A model generated the notes under the pieces. The model saw nothing but the letters and a program-made list of their open reading frames with translations. It searched no databases and had not been told where the DNA came from. Shown piece after piece: positions 18,127 through 27,974 of a stretch of DNA of 38,884 nucleotides (position 1 is its first letter; each line of letters starts with the position of its first letter). This DNA is from a virus (taxonomy: Duplodnaviria; Heunggongvirae; Uroviricota; Caudoviricetes). Both the position numbers and the translations under genes were made by a program. The stretch is taken from the IMG/VR virus record IMGVR_UViG_2728369182_000009, one strand, 5' to 3'.

Positions 18127-18202
18127 GCTGGTTTAGCTCCAATGGTAGAGCAGTCGCCTTGTAAGCGAATGGGTAGCGGTTCAAGTCCGTTAACCAGCAC
18201 CA
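18127..18202 (+). tRNA. tRNA-Thr(UGU)
   Basis: Acceptor GCTGGTT/AACCAGC, D-arm GCTC-CAATGGTA-GAGC, anticodon loop CTTGTAA, T-arm AGCGG-TTCAAGT-CCGTT, 3' ACCA. Confidence 0.6.
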
Positions 18203-18444
18203 TAACTGAGCCGTAGCCACTGGCTATCCTGGATTCATCAGTGATAGTTACGCTGCGGCCTTCTACACATGACCTTCGTGAAAGCGGGTGGCAAGAGGTT
18301 GCGCTAACAACCTCCTGCCGTTTTGCCCGTGCATATCGGTCACGAACAAATCTGATTACTAAACACAGTAGCCTGGATTTGTTCTATCAGTAATCGACCT
18401 TATTCCTAATTAAATAGAGCAAATCCCCTTATTGGGGGTAAGAC

Positions 18445-18768
18445 ATGAAGATGCCAGAAAAACATGACCTGTTAGCCGCCATTCTCGCGGCAAAGGAACA
18501 AGGCATCGGGGCAATCCTTGCGTTTGCAATGGCGTACCTTCGCGGCAGATATAATGGCGGTGCGTTTACAAAAACAGTAATCGACGCAACGATGTGCGCC
18601 ATTATCGCCTGGTTCATTCGTGACCTTCTCGACTTCGCCGGACTAAGTAGCAATCTCGCTTATATAACAAGCGTGTTCATCGGCTACATCGGTACTGACT
18701 CGATTGGTTCGCTTATCAAACGCTTCGCTGCTAAAAAAGCCGGAGTAGAAGATGGTGGAAATCAATAA
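18445..18768 (+). CDS. S: Holin S (dual-start Met1/Met3)
   Basis: 107 aa [39 protein letters not shown]...; lambda S. Confidence 0.95.
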   Translation: MKMPEKHDLLAAILAAKEQGIGAILAFAMAYLRGRYNGGAFTKTVIDATMCAIIAWFIRDLLDFAGLSSNLAYITSVFIGYIGTDSIGSLIKRFAAKKAGVEDGGNQ

Positions 18769-19228
18769 TCAACGTAAGGCGTTCCTCGATATGCTGGCGT
18801 GGTCAGAAGGAACAGATAACGGACGGCAGAAAACCAGAAATCACGGTTATGATGTTATTGTCGGTGGCGAGCTGTTCACTGATTACTCCGATCACCCCCG
18901 CAAACTTGTCACGCTAAATCCGAAACTCAAATCAACAGCCGCCGGACGTTACCAGCTTCTTTCCCGTTGGTGGGATGCCTATCGTAAGCAGCTTGGCCTG
19001 AAAGACTTCTCTCCGAAAAGCCAGGACGCTGTGGCACTGCAACAGATTAAAGAGCGTGGCGCTTTACCGATGATTGATCGCGGTGATATTCGTCAGGCTA
19101 TCGACCGTTGCAGCAATATCTGGGCTTCACTGCCTGGCGCTGGTTATGGTCAGTTCGAGCATAAGGCTGACAGCCTGATTGCAAAATTCAAAGAGGCTGG
19201 CGGAACGGTCAGAGAGATTGAGGTATGA
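18752..19228 (+). CDS. R: Endolysin R (lytic transglycosylase)
   Basis: 158 aa [39 protein letters not shown]...; lambda R. Confidence 0.95.
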   Translation: MVEINNQRKAFLDMLAWSEGTDNGRQKTRNHGYDVIVGGELFTDYSDHPRKLVTLNPKLKSTAAGRYQLLSRWWDAYRKQLGLKDFSPKSQDAVALQQIKERGALPMIDRGDIRQAIDRCSNIWASLPGAGYGQFEHKADSLIAKFKEAGGTVREIEV

Positions 19229-19662
19229 GCAGAGTCGCCGCGATTATTTATGCTCTGGTTATCTGCATCATCGTCTGCCTGTCATGGGCTGTTAATCATT
19301 ACCGTGATAACGCCACCGCCTACAAAGAGCAGCGCGATAAAGCCATATCCATCATCGCTGATATGCAGAAGCGGCAACGTGATGTAGCAGAACTCGACGC
19401 CAGATACACAAAGGAGCTTGCTGATGCTAACGCGACTATCGAAAGTCTCCGTGCTGATGTTTCTGCTGGGCGTAAGCGCCTGCAAGTCGCCGCCACCTGT
19501 GCAAAGTCAACGACCGGAGCCAGCGGCATGGGCGATGGAGAAAGCCCAAGACTTACAGCAGATGCTGAACTCAATTATTACCGTCTCCGAAGTGGAATCG
19601 ACAGGATAACCGCGCAGGTTAACTACCTGCAGGAATACATCAGGACGCAATGCCTTCGATGA
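19225..19662 (+). CDS. Rz: Rz i-spanin
   Basis: 145 aa; N-terminal [32 protein letters not shown] similar to lambda Rz, divergent periplasmic domain. Confidence 0.85.
   Translation: MSRVAAIIYALVICIIVCLSWAVNHYRDNATAYKEQRDKAISIIADMQKRQRDVAELDARYTKELADANATIESLRADVSAGRKRLQVAATCAKSTTGASGMGDGESPRLTADAELNYYRLRSGIDRITAQVNYLQEYIRTQCLR
19418..19609 (+). CDS. Rz1: Rz1 o-spanin lipoprotein, embedded in Rz in the +1 frame
   Basis: 63 aa with signal peptide, lipobox VSAC and Pro-rich mature part. Confidence 0.65.
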   Translation: MLMLTRLSKVSVLMFLLGVSACKSPPPVQSQRPEPAAWAMEKAQDLQQMLNSIITVSEVESTG

Positions 19663-19835
19663 TAGCGATAATTTTACTCATCATCCTTCACATCTGGCTC
19701 TGTAGACAGGGCGGTGATCACTTCTGGAGTGAATCCAGATTAAACATCTCATTGCTGATGCTTGAAGTTGAGCATCTGGCGCGCGGTAAGGGGCTGCGTT
19801 GAGATAAGAGCCAGTCATCACAAACACCAGGATTT

Positions 19836-19860
19836 AGCCTCGCATTCGCGGGGCTTTTTT
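19836..19860 (+). terminator. Rho-independent terminator after the lysis cassette
   Basis: AGCCTCGC-ATTC-GCGGGGCT followed by TTTTTT. Confidence 0.6.
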
Positions 19861-20006
19861 ACATCTGCAGTAAACCGCGCATCGCAGCGCGTAACAATCC
19901 CGAGTCTTTCAGAAAGCTGAGCCTGAGAATTGCCGTATATGGTGGCGACCATCTCGGGGACGGCTTTTCTGTGCGAACAGGCTCATCTTTCTAAAAGGTA
20001 AACGCT

Positions 20007-20492
20007 ATGAATAACTTTGTTGAAATTACCTCAAGAATTGGTCGCATGTACCAAGATTTTCTTATAAGTGGAAAGGGGTCTGGCGACATCATAGAGGAAA
20101 TTGACAAGCTAAGTGCAGAGCTGAGAAGGAATGGGTGTGTTAATTCTATCTTTTTTGAAACTTTGCTAAAGCAAGGCTTCATGTTTGACATGATTAATTA
20201 CAACAAAGTCGCACCCAGTGCTTCGCAAAAATCATATGTGTACGTTCTGCATGCTGAAGATAGTGGGCTAACAAAAATAGGGTTTAGTCGCAGGGTTAAT
20301 AAACGAATTTCAGAGATATCTCGCATGAGTGGTGGGAAGCTAAATCTAATTGCAAAGATTCCGGCCGATAGAGAGCTTGAAACCAAATTGCACCAAAAAT
20401 ATTACAACTATAGGTCGCACGGGGAGTGGTTTAGCCTCAATCGTTGTCATTTGAAAGAGCTAAAAGAAATGCCTGGTAACGAACTGAAATAA
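20007..20492 (+). CDS. GIY-YIG superfamily (T5orf172-type) nuclease-domain protein with unknown N-terminal domain
   Basis: 161 aa; YVYVLHAEDSGLTKIGFSRRVNKR...ELETKLHQKYYNYRSHGEWF matches the T5orf172/GIY-YIG pattern; AT-rich gene between lysis and packaging. Confidence 0.6.
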   Translation: MNNFVEITSRIGRMYQDFLISGKGSGDIIEEIDKLSAELRRNGCVNSIFFETLLKQGFMFDMINYNKVAPSASQKSYVYVLHAEDSGLTKIGFSRRVNKRISEISRMSGGKLNLIAKIPADRELETKLHQKYYNYRSHGEWFSLNRCHLKELKEMPGNELK

Positions 20493-20739
20493 TCCCCGGA
20501 CTCACCAATTAACGGCAGTACAGCGAAACAACCCAAGCCAGAAAGTGGGGAAATAACACTGGCAGCCACTGAAAGATGAACCTCCTGCCTTATGGCAAGA
20601 AAGATTCTTTGTGGTGGCGGACTGATGGAAAGACATCGGTTATTGCAGAGGTCATTCAATGAGTGGTCTCGACAATGGCTTATACCCTACACGGGATAAC
20701 TTAACTGATATCCCTTTTAACGGATAAACGGAGCCAACA

Positions 20740-20982
20740 ATGGCAGAGATTATTCCCATGACTGAAGAACAGAAATTCCAGTTAGAGATTTACAAGCTGG
20801 TCATGAACCAGAACGCAGCCGCAGAAGAAGCATTTCAATTCATTGGCACTGACGAGCTGAAGCTTGAGCTATTCAAAATTCACTTCCAGTCAGGCGGCGC
20901 TAATTCAGATATCACGACCCGCACTATCGAAGCGGTACGTAAATCGAAGGAGGCGTTAGACCTGTTCACTACCGGAGCATAA
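20740..20982 (+). CDS. Hypothetical small protein (80 aa) upstream of terS
   Basis: ATG after GGAG; 3-nt gap to terS. Confidence 0.5.
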   Translation: MAEIIPMTEEQKFQLEIYKLVMNQNAAAEEAFQFIGTDELKLELFKIHFQSGGANSDITTRTIEAVRKSKEALDLFTTGA

Positions 20983-20984
20983 AC

Positions 20985-21425
20985 ATGGCGCGCCCAACAA
21001 AGTATCAAGAGGCGTATGCCGAACAGGCACGCAAACTGTGCTTGCTGGGCTACACCGATGCAGAGCTTGCTGATTTCTTCGAAGTCAGTGAGTCAACTAT
21101 TAACAAGTGGAAGCTTGATTATCCTGAGTTTTCGGAGTCCATAAAAAAGGGTAAGGCCGTCGCTGATGCAGAAGTTAGTGATCGTCTTTATCAACGCGCT
21201 ATGGGCTTCGTGGCTCCAGACATCGATATTCGTGTTATTGAAAACAGAATTGTCGAAACTCCGCTTGAGAAGTATTACCCGCCTGATACAACCGCCGCCA
21301 TCTTCTGGCTTAAGAACCGACAGAAGGATAAATGGCGCGATAAGGTTGATCACGAGCTAACAGGCAAAGACGGCGGCGCAATCCAGATTGAAACATCACC
21401 GATGAGCACTCTATTCGGAAAATGA
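20985..21425 (+). CDS. Terminase small subunit (Sf6 gp1-like)
   Basis: 146 aa; C-terminal GKDGGAIQIETSPMSTLFGK as in Sf6 TerS; N-terminal HTH. Confidence 0.8.
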   Translation: MARPTKYQEAYAEQARKLCLLGYTDAELADFFEVSESTINKWKLDYPEFSESIKKGKAVADAEVSDRLYQRAMGFVAPDIDIRVIENRIVETPLEKYYPPDTTAAIFWLKNRQKDKWRDKVDHELTGKDGGAIQIETSPMSTLFGK

Positions 21426-22837
21426 CCTCGATTAATCCTATCTTTGAACCGTTCATTGAGGCGCATCGCTATAAAGTCGCCAAAGGCGGTCGAGGTAGCG
21501 GTAAGTCATGGGCAATCGCGAGGCTGCTTGTTGAAGCGGCGCGTCGGCAGCCGGTGCGTATTCTCTGCGCTCGTGAACTGCAAAACAGTATCAGCGATTC
21601 GGTAATCCGGTTGCTTGAAGACACCATAGAGCGGGAAGGGTATTCGGCTGAGTTTGAAATTCAGCGTTCAATGATTCGTCATCTCGGAACGAATGCTGAG
21701 TTCATGTTCTACGGCATCAAAAACAACCCGACGAAGATTAAATCGCTCGAAGGCATTGATATCTGCTGGGTGGAGGAAGCGGAAGCGGTAACGAAGGAAT
21801 CATGGGATATCCTGATACCAACCATCCGCAAGCCATTTTCCGAAATATGGGTGAGCTTCAACCCGAAAAACATCCTCGACGATACCTATCAGCGATTCGT
21901 AGTAAACCCTCCCGATGATATTTGTCTGCTGACGGTGAACTACACCGACAACCCGCACTTTCCTGAAGTTCTCCGTCTGGAGATGGAAGAGTGCAAACGC
22001 AGAAATCCGACACTGTATCGTCACATCTGGCTTGGTGAGCCGGTAAGCGCAAGTGATATGGCAATCATCAAACGTGAATGGCTTGAAGCCGCAACCGATG
22101 CGCACAAGAAACTCGGATGGAAAGCGAAAGGTGCGGTTGTTTCTGCGCATGACCCGTCAGATACAGGGCCAGATGCTAAAGGTTACGCATCGCGTCACGG
22201 TTCGGTGGTTAAGCGCATTGCCGAAGGTCTGCTGATGGACATCAACGAGGGTGCTGACTGGGCTACTTCGCTGGCGATTGAAGACAGCGCTGACCATTAC
22301 CTGTGGGATGGTGATGGCGTCGGTGCGGGGCTACGCAGACAGACAACGGAAGCATTCTCCGGTAAGAAAATCACCGCCACGATGTTCAAGGGCAGTGAAT
22401 CGCCATTCGATGAAGATGCGCCGTATCAGGCCGGAGCATGGGCTGATGAAGTCGTACAGGGCGACAACGTTCGCACTATTGGTGATGTGTTCCGCAATAA
22501 GCGAGCGCAATTCTATTACGCGCTGGCTGACAGGCTGTATCTGACATATCGGGCGGTTGTCCACGGTGAGTATGCAGACCCCGACGACATGCTGAGCTTC
22601 GACAAAGAAGCGATAGGCGAGAAGATGCTGGAGAGGCTGTTTGCAGAACTGACGCAGATTCAGCGCAAATTCAATAATAACGGGAAGCTGGAGCTTATGA
22701 CTAAGGTCGAAATGAAGCAGAAGCTCGGTATCCCATCTCCTAACCTGGCTGATGCGCTGATGATGTGTATGCATTGCCCGGAGTCGGCTGCGCAACCCGA
22801 CTATTCCAGTTACTCAATTCCTTGTGGTGTAGGTTGA
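21422..22837 (+). CDS. Terminase large subunit
   Basis: 471 aa; Walker A GGRGSGKSWA; ATPase plus nuclease architecture; overlaps the terS stop. Confidence 0.9.
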   Translation: MTSINPIFEPFIEAHRYKVAKGGRGSGKSWAIARLLVEAARRQPVRILCARELQNSISDSVIRLLEDTIEREGYSAEFEIQRSMIRHLGTNAEFMFYGIKNNPTKIKSLEGIDICWVEEAEAVTKESWDILIPTIRKPFSEIWVSFNPKNILDDTYQRFVVNPPDDICLLTVNYTDNPHFPEVLRLEMEECKRRNPTLYRHIWLGEPVSASDMAIIKREWLEAATDAHKKLGWKAKGAVVSAHDPSDTGPDAKGYASRHGSVVKRIAEGLLMDINEGADWATSLAIEDSADHYLWDGDGVGAGLRRQTTEAFSGKKITATMFKGSESPFDEDAPYQAGAWADEVVQGDNVRTIGDVFRNKRAQFYYALADRLYLTYRAVVHGEYADPDDMLSFDKEAIGEKMLERLFAELTQIQRKFNNNGKLELMTKVEMKQKLGIPSPNLADALMMCMHCPESAAQPDYSSYSIPCGVG

Positions 22838-22838
22838 T

Positions 22839-25037
22839 ATGGCAGAAAAAAAGATGACTGACTGGCATCGCAAGGTGCTGTGCAACTTTGATAATGCCTG
22901 GTCAGCAACGCAGGATATGCGTGAGCAGATTATTGAGGCTCAACGTTTCGTCCGGGTGTCCGGCGCACAGTGGGAAGGCAGCACAAACGCTGGTTACTCA
23001 TTTGATGAAGGCAGGTTTGAGCATTACCCGCGCTTTGAACTGAATAAGATTGCCCGTGAATGTGATCGCATCATTGGCGAGTATCGACAGAATCGCATCA
23101 GCGTTAAATTCAGGCCGAAGGACGATAAGGCATCGGAAGCGTTAGCCGAAAAGATGAACGGCAAATTCCGCGCTGACTATCAGGAAACATCCGGTGGCGA
23201 AGCGTGTGATAACGCATTTGATGATGCTGTAACGGGCGGATTCGGTTGTTTCCGCATGTGTGCCGATTACGAAGATGAAATGGATCCGAGTAACGAGCAG
23301 CGCCGCATCAGACTTCTTCCTGTTTACGACCCAGCGACATGCGTCTTCTTCGATCAGGACAGCAAGCAATATGACCGTTCTGATGCTATGTGGGCTATGG
23401 AAATGTTCTCCATGACGCCTAAAGCGTTCGAGACTGAATACCCTGATTCCATCGCGGCAAGCCTTTCTCGTGATGACACTGGCACTCAGTATGACTGGTC
23501 AACGCCCGATGCCATCTATGTTGGACGCTACTACGAAGTTCGCATAGAGAAGGTGAAGCTCACGGCGTGGCGCAACCCTGTTAGCGGAGAAACGGCAATC
23601 TATGATGAAGAGCAAATCAAAGATATTGTTGACGAGCTGACCGATGGCGCATTCGAACTGATTGGCGAGCGGACAGTGAAGAAACGCCGCGTTTATTGCG
23701 GCCTTCTGTCTGGCGCTGAATGGCTGGAAGAACCGAAGCGTATTCCGGGCGAACATATTCCTCTCATCCCGGTATATGGGCGTCGCTCATTTGTTGATAA
23801 TCAGGAGCGAATCGAAGGCCACGCTGCAAAAGCGATGGATGCACAGCGTCTTGAGAACCTGATGGTTTCCATGATTGCAGATAACGCTACTCAGGCTGGC
23901 GGTGATGGCATTCCTATCGTGGATGTTGATTTCATTCCCGGTCCATTAATGAATCACTGGGCAGAGAGGAATAAGAAAAGACCAGCAGTTCTTCCCATGA
24001 CCAGCAAGAAGGACAAAAACGGAACGGTCATTTCAGAGGCTCAGGTTGCTGGCTGGACGCCTCCGACACAAATGCCTCCAGCTCTTGCCGGGCTATTGCA
24101 GTACACCGGAACGGCTATTCAGCAAATTACAGGTGCTTCGCAGCTTGAGAACATGCCGAGCAACGTCGCCACCGATACCGTTGATAGCATTTTTAACCGG
24201 ATGGACACGCAGTCCTATATCTACATGGACAACATGGCTAAATCCATGCGTCGCGCTGGCGTTGTGTGGCTTTCTATGGCGCGTGAAGTCTATGGCAGCG
24301 ATACGCCGATGCGTATCGTTAATGAGGACGGCAGCGATGACGTGGCGCTGATGACTGGTGAAGTGGTTGACCGTCAGACAGGGCAGGTTATCGCGCTTAA
24401 CGACCTTTCGCAGGGTAACTATGAAGTGACTGTCGATGTCGGTCAGTCGTTCGCTACTCGCCGTGATGCAACGGTTAAGTCGTTACTTTCCATGCTGGCA
24501 CTTATCCCGCCAGGAACGCCGAAGCATGACCTTGTATCGTCGATGATTCTCGACAATATGGACGGCGAAGGGATGGACGACCTGAAAGAATACAACCGCA
24601 ATCAGTTGCTTCTGTCTGGCGTTATCAAGCCGAGAACGCCTGAAGAACAGCAAATGGTTGAGCAGGCGAAACAACAACAGGCCAGTCAGCCAGATCCGGC
24701 TATGGTTGCTGCGCAAGGTCAGCTTCTTGCTGGTCAGGCTGAATTGCAGAAAGCGCAGAACGAACAAGCAGCCATTCAGGTTAAAGCATTCCAGGCACAG
24801 ACGGATGCTCAGGTTGCTGCGGCAAATGTTGTGAAAATCCTCGCATCTGCCGATAGCCAGCAAAAATCTGATATCCGTGAGGCGCTGAAACTGCTCGGAC
24901 AGTTCCAGCAACAGCAAGGAGATAATGCCCGTGCTGATGCAGAGCTTGTCCTGAAGAGTCAGGCGCAGGGCCATGCGCAGCGCATGGACATCAACAGCAT
25001 CCTGCAAAAATCAACTCAGCAACAACCACAGCAGTAA
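22839..25037 (+). CDS. Portal protein (P22 gp1-like)
   Basis: 732 aa with Q-rich C-terminal barrel region. Confidence 0.9.
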   Translation: MAEKKMTDWHRKVLCNFDNAWSATQDMREQIIEAQRFVRVSGAQWEGSTNAGYSFDEGRFEHYPRFELNKIARECDRIIGEYRQNRISVKFRPKDDKASEALAEKMNGKFRADYQETSGGEACDNAFDDAVTGGFGCFRMCADYEDEMDPSNEQRRIRLLPVYDPATCVFFDQDSKQYDRSDAMWAMEMFSMTPKAFETEYPDSIAASLSRDDTGTQYDWSTPDAIYVGRYYEVRIEKVKLTAWRNPVSGETAIYDEEQIKDIVDELTDGAFELIGERTVKKRRVYCGLLSGAEWLEEPKRIPGEHIPLIPVYGRRSFVDNQERIEGHAAKAMDAQRLENLMVSMIADNATQAGGDGIPIVDVDFIPGPLMNHWAERNKKRPAVLPMTSKKDKNGTVISEAQVAGWTPPTQMPPALAGLLQYTGTAIQQITGASQLENMPSNVATDTVDSIFNRMDTQSYIYMDNMAKSMRRAGVVWLSMAREVYGSDTPMRIVNEDGSDDVALMTGEVVDRQTGQVIALNDLSQGNYEVTVDVGQSFATRRDATVKSLLSMLALIPPGTPKHDLVSSMILDNMDGEGMDDLKEYNRNQLLLSGVIKPRTPEEQQMVEQAKQQQASQPDPAMVAAQGQLLAGQAELQKAQNEQAAIQVKAFQAQTDAQVAAANVVKILASADSQQKSDIREALKLLGQFQQQQGDNARADAELVLKSQAQGHAQRMDINSILQKSTQQQPQQ

Positions 25038-25127
25038 TTAACCCATAACGTGCAATGGCTGTCTTTATGAGGCCTGGCACCCTATTGCCTTCCGATGGGC
25101 TGAACATCGAGTAAACAGGGGTAAAAA

Positions 25128-26021
25128 ATGGACCAGATGGCAGAAAACACACCAGAAGTTGAAATCGAAACCGACGCGTCAGAGCAGATTCCTGATGATG
25201 TCGAACTGGCTGAAGAAGTCGAAACAGCAGATGGCAGTGAGTCCTCAGGAAATGATGCAGAGGAAGCTACTGACACTGATGACGACGAATCAGAACAGGA
25301 ATTCTACTTTGGTGACGAAAAGCTGGATTCGCCAACCAGCGAAGATGGAGCTGAGCATGGACTGGTAAAACACTTGCGCAAGACGATTAAAGAGAAAGAC
25401 CGCGAGCTGAAAGAGCTGATGCGTCAGTCTCAGAAACCCGTCGAGCAGCAGCCGGTAATCACTCAACCACCGCGAATGCCAAAACTGGACGATGAGGACA
25501 TCGGTTTCGATGAAGAAATCTACCAGCAACGCATGGCTAAGTGGGCAGAGGATAACGGCAAATACCAGGAGCAAGTACGAGAGCGGAAACGAGAGGAAGA
25601 GGCGCGTACCGCAACGCTTCAGCAGAAAGCAGCCAATTACATGCAGAGAGTAAAAGCACTGAAAGTGGCTGGCTACCAGGATGCAGAGCAGGCTGTACGC
25701 GAAGATGTTCCTGTTCATATTCAGGACATGATCCTTCTTGAGTCAGAGAAGCCGGAAATCGTTGTTCTGGCGCTCGGTCGCAACGCTGAACTGCGCAAGC
25801 AACTGGCAGAAGCTACCAACCCCGTAGCAATTGGTCGTCTGCTGGAACGTATCGAATCGAAGGCCAGAATCATGCCAAAAGCAAAAACCACGGCAGCCAC
25901 AACCCCGACAGTTAAGGGGAGCAACGGCGCAGTAATCAACAACCTCGACAAATTGAAAGCCAAGGCGCTGGAAACTGGTGACTGGACGCCGTATTTCGCC
26001 GCTAAAAAGGCAAAAAAATAA
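25128..26021 (+). CDS. Scaffolding protein (P22 gp8-like)
   Basis: 297 aa; acidic N-terminus, coiled-coil middle, basic C-terminal helix-turn-helix. Confidence 0.8.
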   Translation: MDQMAENTPEVEIETDASEQIPDDVELAEEVETADGSESSGNDAEEATDTDDDESEQEFYFGDEKLDSPTSEDGAEHGLVKHLRKTIKEKDRELKELMRQSQKPVEQQPVITQPPRMPKLDDEDIGFDEEIYQQRMAKWAEDNGKYQEQVRERKREEEARTATLQQKAANYMQRVKALKVAGYQDAEQAVREDVPVHIQDMILLESEKPEIVVLALGRNAELRKQLAEATNPVAIGRLLERIESKARIMPKAKTTAATTPTVKGSNGAVINNLDKLKAKALETGDWTPYFAAKKAKK

Positions 26022-26039
26022 CCTATCGGAGCATTAAGC

Positions 26040-27293
26040 ATGGCTAACCAATTAGCAAAAGACCTTGAAATCATGTTCGAAAACTACGTTGAAGGCTTTG
26101 AGGCCGCCTGCGTAGTTTCCCGTAACGCTAAAAAATTCCGTCCCGGTGATACAGCAATGCAGCGAGCAGGTGATGTTCTGTATCGTCCGCAGCATTACCA
26201 CATGAACATTGAGGAAGGCCTCGATCTCAGCAGCAAAACGCCTACAGCACTGGTTCAGCGCCTTGTTCCTTCTGTGTTCAAGGAGCCGAAAAACATTCTG
26301 TACACTCTGGATGCGCGTGAAATGCGTGACCCTGAGCATAAAACTGAAGCTGGTCGCGCCGCAGGTATGCGCCTTGCTGCACAGATTGACTCTGACCTGA
26401 TTTCCATGGTTACGCAGCGTGCTACTAACGTGATCACAATGTCTGACTCAACCACAGGTACACAGGGCCGTGATTTGTGGAACTGTGCGGCAGGTATTGA
26501 TGCCACCATGACGGCGATTGGTGTACCGCAGGGTATCAACCGTCGCTCTTTCTGGAACCCCTTCAACTACAAAGACCTTGCTGGCGAGCTTGGTCACCGT
26601 GCCTACGCTCAGGGCGCAACCCTGACAGCATACGAAAAAGCGCAGATCCCTCCGGTTGCTTCCTTTGATAGCTACAAGACCGATATTTCTGGTCGATTAC
26701 CGAAAGGAAGCGCTGAATCCTTGACAGTATCAGGCCAACCTGAACACAAGGTTGAAGCGAAAGATTCAAATGGTATGCCAGTTGATAACCGACAGGGGAC
26801 TATTACGGTATCTGCATCTGGCTTGCAGGTTGGTGATGCGTTCACCATTGCCGGTGTGAATTCCGTACACCAGATCACAAAAGATACCACCGGGCAACCG
26901 CAGGTATTCCGTGTTCTGGCTGTTAGCGGAACTACCGTAACAATCTCTCCAAAGATTCTCCCTGTTGAAAATACCGATGTTGCGAGTCGTCCATATGCAA
27001 ACGTCGATGCCAAACCGGCAGAATCAGCAGCAATCACCATTCTCAACAAGAACGCAGCACCTGCTAACCTGTTCTGGGCTGATGGTTCTGTTGAGCTGAT
27101 GTACGGCAAACTAGCGTTCCCGACTGGTCAGGGTCCACAGGTAATGACAGCAACCACCGAGCAGGGCGCTACGCTGATCATGTCTTACGCCTTCGACCAC
27201 ATCAAAGGCGTAACCACTGCTCGTTTCACCACTCTGTACGGTTGCTCTGTACTTGTTCCTGAATATACGGGCATCGTTATTGCCGGGCAGTAA
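26040..27293 (+). CDS. Major coat protein (P22 gp5-like)
   Basis: 417 aa; KKFRPGDTAMQRAGDVLYRP and the C-terminal region align in pattern with P22 coat. Confidence 0.9.
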   Translation: MANQLAKDLEIMFENYVEGFEAACVVSRNAKKFRPGDTAMQRAGDVLYRPQHYHMNIEEGLDLSSKTPTALVQRLVPSVFKEPKNILYTLDAREMRDPEHKTEAGRAAGMRLAAQIDSDLISMVTQRATNVITMSDSTTGTQGRDLWNCAAGIDATMTAIGVPQGINRRSFWNPFNYKDLAGELGHRAYAQGATLTAYEKAQIPPVASFDSYKTDISGRLPKGSAESLTVSGQPEHKVEAKDSNGMPVDNRQGTITVSASGLQVGDAFTIAGVNSVHQITKDTTGQPQVFRVLAVSGTTVTISPKILPVENTDVASRPYANVDAKPAESAAITILNKNAAPANLFWADGSVELMYGKLAFPTGQGPQVMTATTEQGATLIMSYAFDHIKGVTTARFTTLYGCSVLVPEYTGIVIAGQ

Positions 27294-27300
27294 TTTTGGT

Positions 27301-27320
27301 GGGGCTTCGGCCCCATTTTT
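27301..27320 (+). terminator. Terminator-like hairpin after the coat gene
   Basis: GGGGC-TTCG-GCCCC followed by ATTTTTATT. Confidence 0.55.
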
Positions 27321-27334
27321 ATTGGGAGAAGACA

Positions 27335-27523
27335 ATGGCACGAACAATGCTCTATAAGCCTGGCAACATGATCACCTGTGGTCAGTTTGCTGTCGATTAC
27401 ATCATTGTTGATGACGAAGAAGTTAAATCTCACCTGAAAAAAGGTTGGGTAAAAACTCCTGAAGAAACCGCAACGAAGCAAAAAGTGGCTAAGGCGGAAG
27501 AAGATGGCGAAAACGAAGGGTGA
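27335..27523 (+). CDS. Small hypothetical protein (62 aa) between coat and gp4
   Basis: ATG after GGGAGAAG; overlaps the gp4 start by 20 nt. Confidence 0.4.
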   Translation: MARTMLYKPGNMITCGQFAVDYIIVDDEEVKSHLKKGWVKTPEETATKQKVAKAEEDGENEG

Positions 27524-27965
27524 TCTCGTTCTAAAGGCTTTACGAAAAGCCGGGCTGTATTCCAATGCCACGTTGACAGATGCCGACCCTCAGGCAATTG
27601 AAGATGCCATTAATGACCTTGAAGACATGATGGCAGCATGGCAGGCGAAAGGTATCGAGCTTGGATATCAGTTTGCGGATACAGAAAACGGCATCATGCC
27701 GTTACCTGACGATGATTCAGGTATCCCTGCATGGGCAAATGATGGCGTCGCTTTGAAGCTCGCTGTGCAAGTGTGCATGGATAACGTCATTCAGCCGTCG
27801 GATGCTCTCCTGACCGCTGCTGACAGTGCATATCAGACAATCTGTATCGCTTTAACAAAAATACCACCACTTGAGCGGCGAAATGACATGCCTCGCGGTA
27901 GTGGTAACAAAAGCGCGTTTACGTGGAATCGGTTTTACATCGAGAAAGATGATCCGAGTACGTGA
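27504..27965 (+). CDS. Head-to-tail adaptor (P22 gp4-like)
   Basis: 153 aa; KTKGDLVLKALRKAGLYSNATLTDADPQAIEDAINDLEDMMAAW resembles P22 gp4. Confidence 0.8.
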   Translation: MAKTKGDLVLKALRKAGLYSNATLTDADPQAIEDAINDLEDMMAAWQAKGIELGYQFADTENGIMPLPDDDSGIPAWANDGVALKLAVQVCMDNVIQPSDALLTAADSAYQTICIALTKIPPLERRNDMPRGSGNKSAFTWNRFYIEKDDPST

Positions 27966-27974
27966 GGTGAATAA

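Noticed and set aside
20693..20718. Inverted repeat GGGATA-N10-TATCCC followed by TTTT upstream of the packaging genes
   Set aside because: A 6-bp stem with a 10-nt loop is weak for a terminator and I cannot assign an operator function; noted only.
24483..25007. 174-aa minus-strand ORF and other long antisense ORFs inside portal, coat, terminase and ejection genes (for example 25290-25718, 26672-27109, 21800-22150)
   Set aside because: They lie fully within strongly supported plus-strand structural genes, lack RBSs and have low-complexity translations; treated as antisense artefacts.
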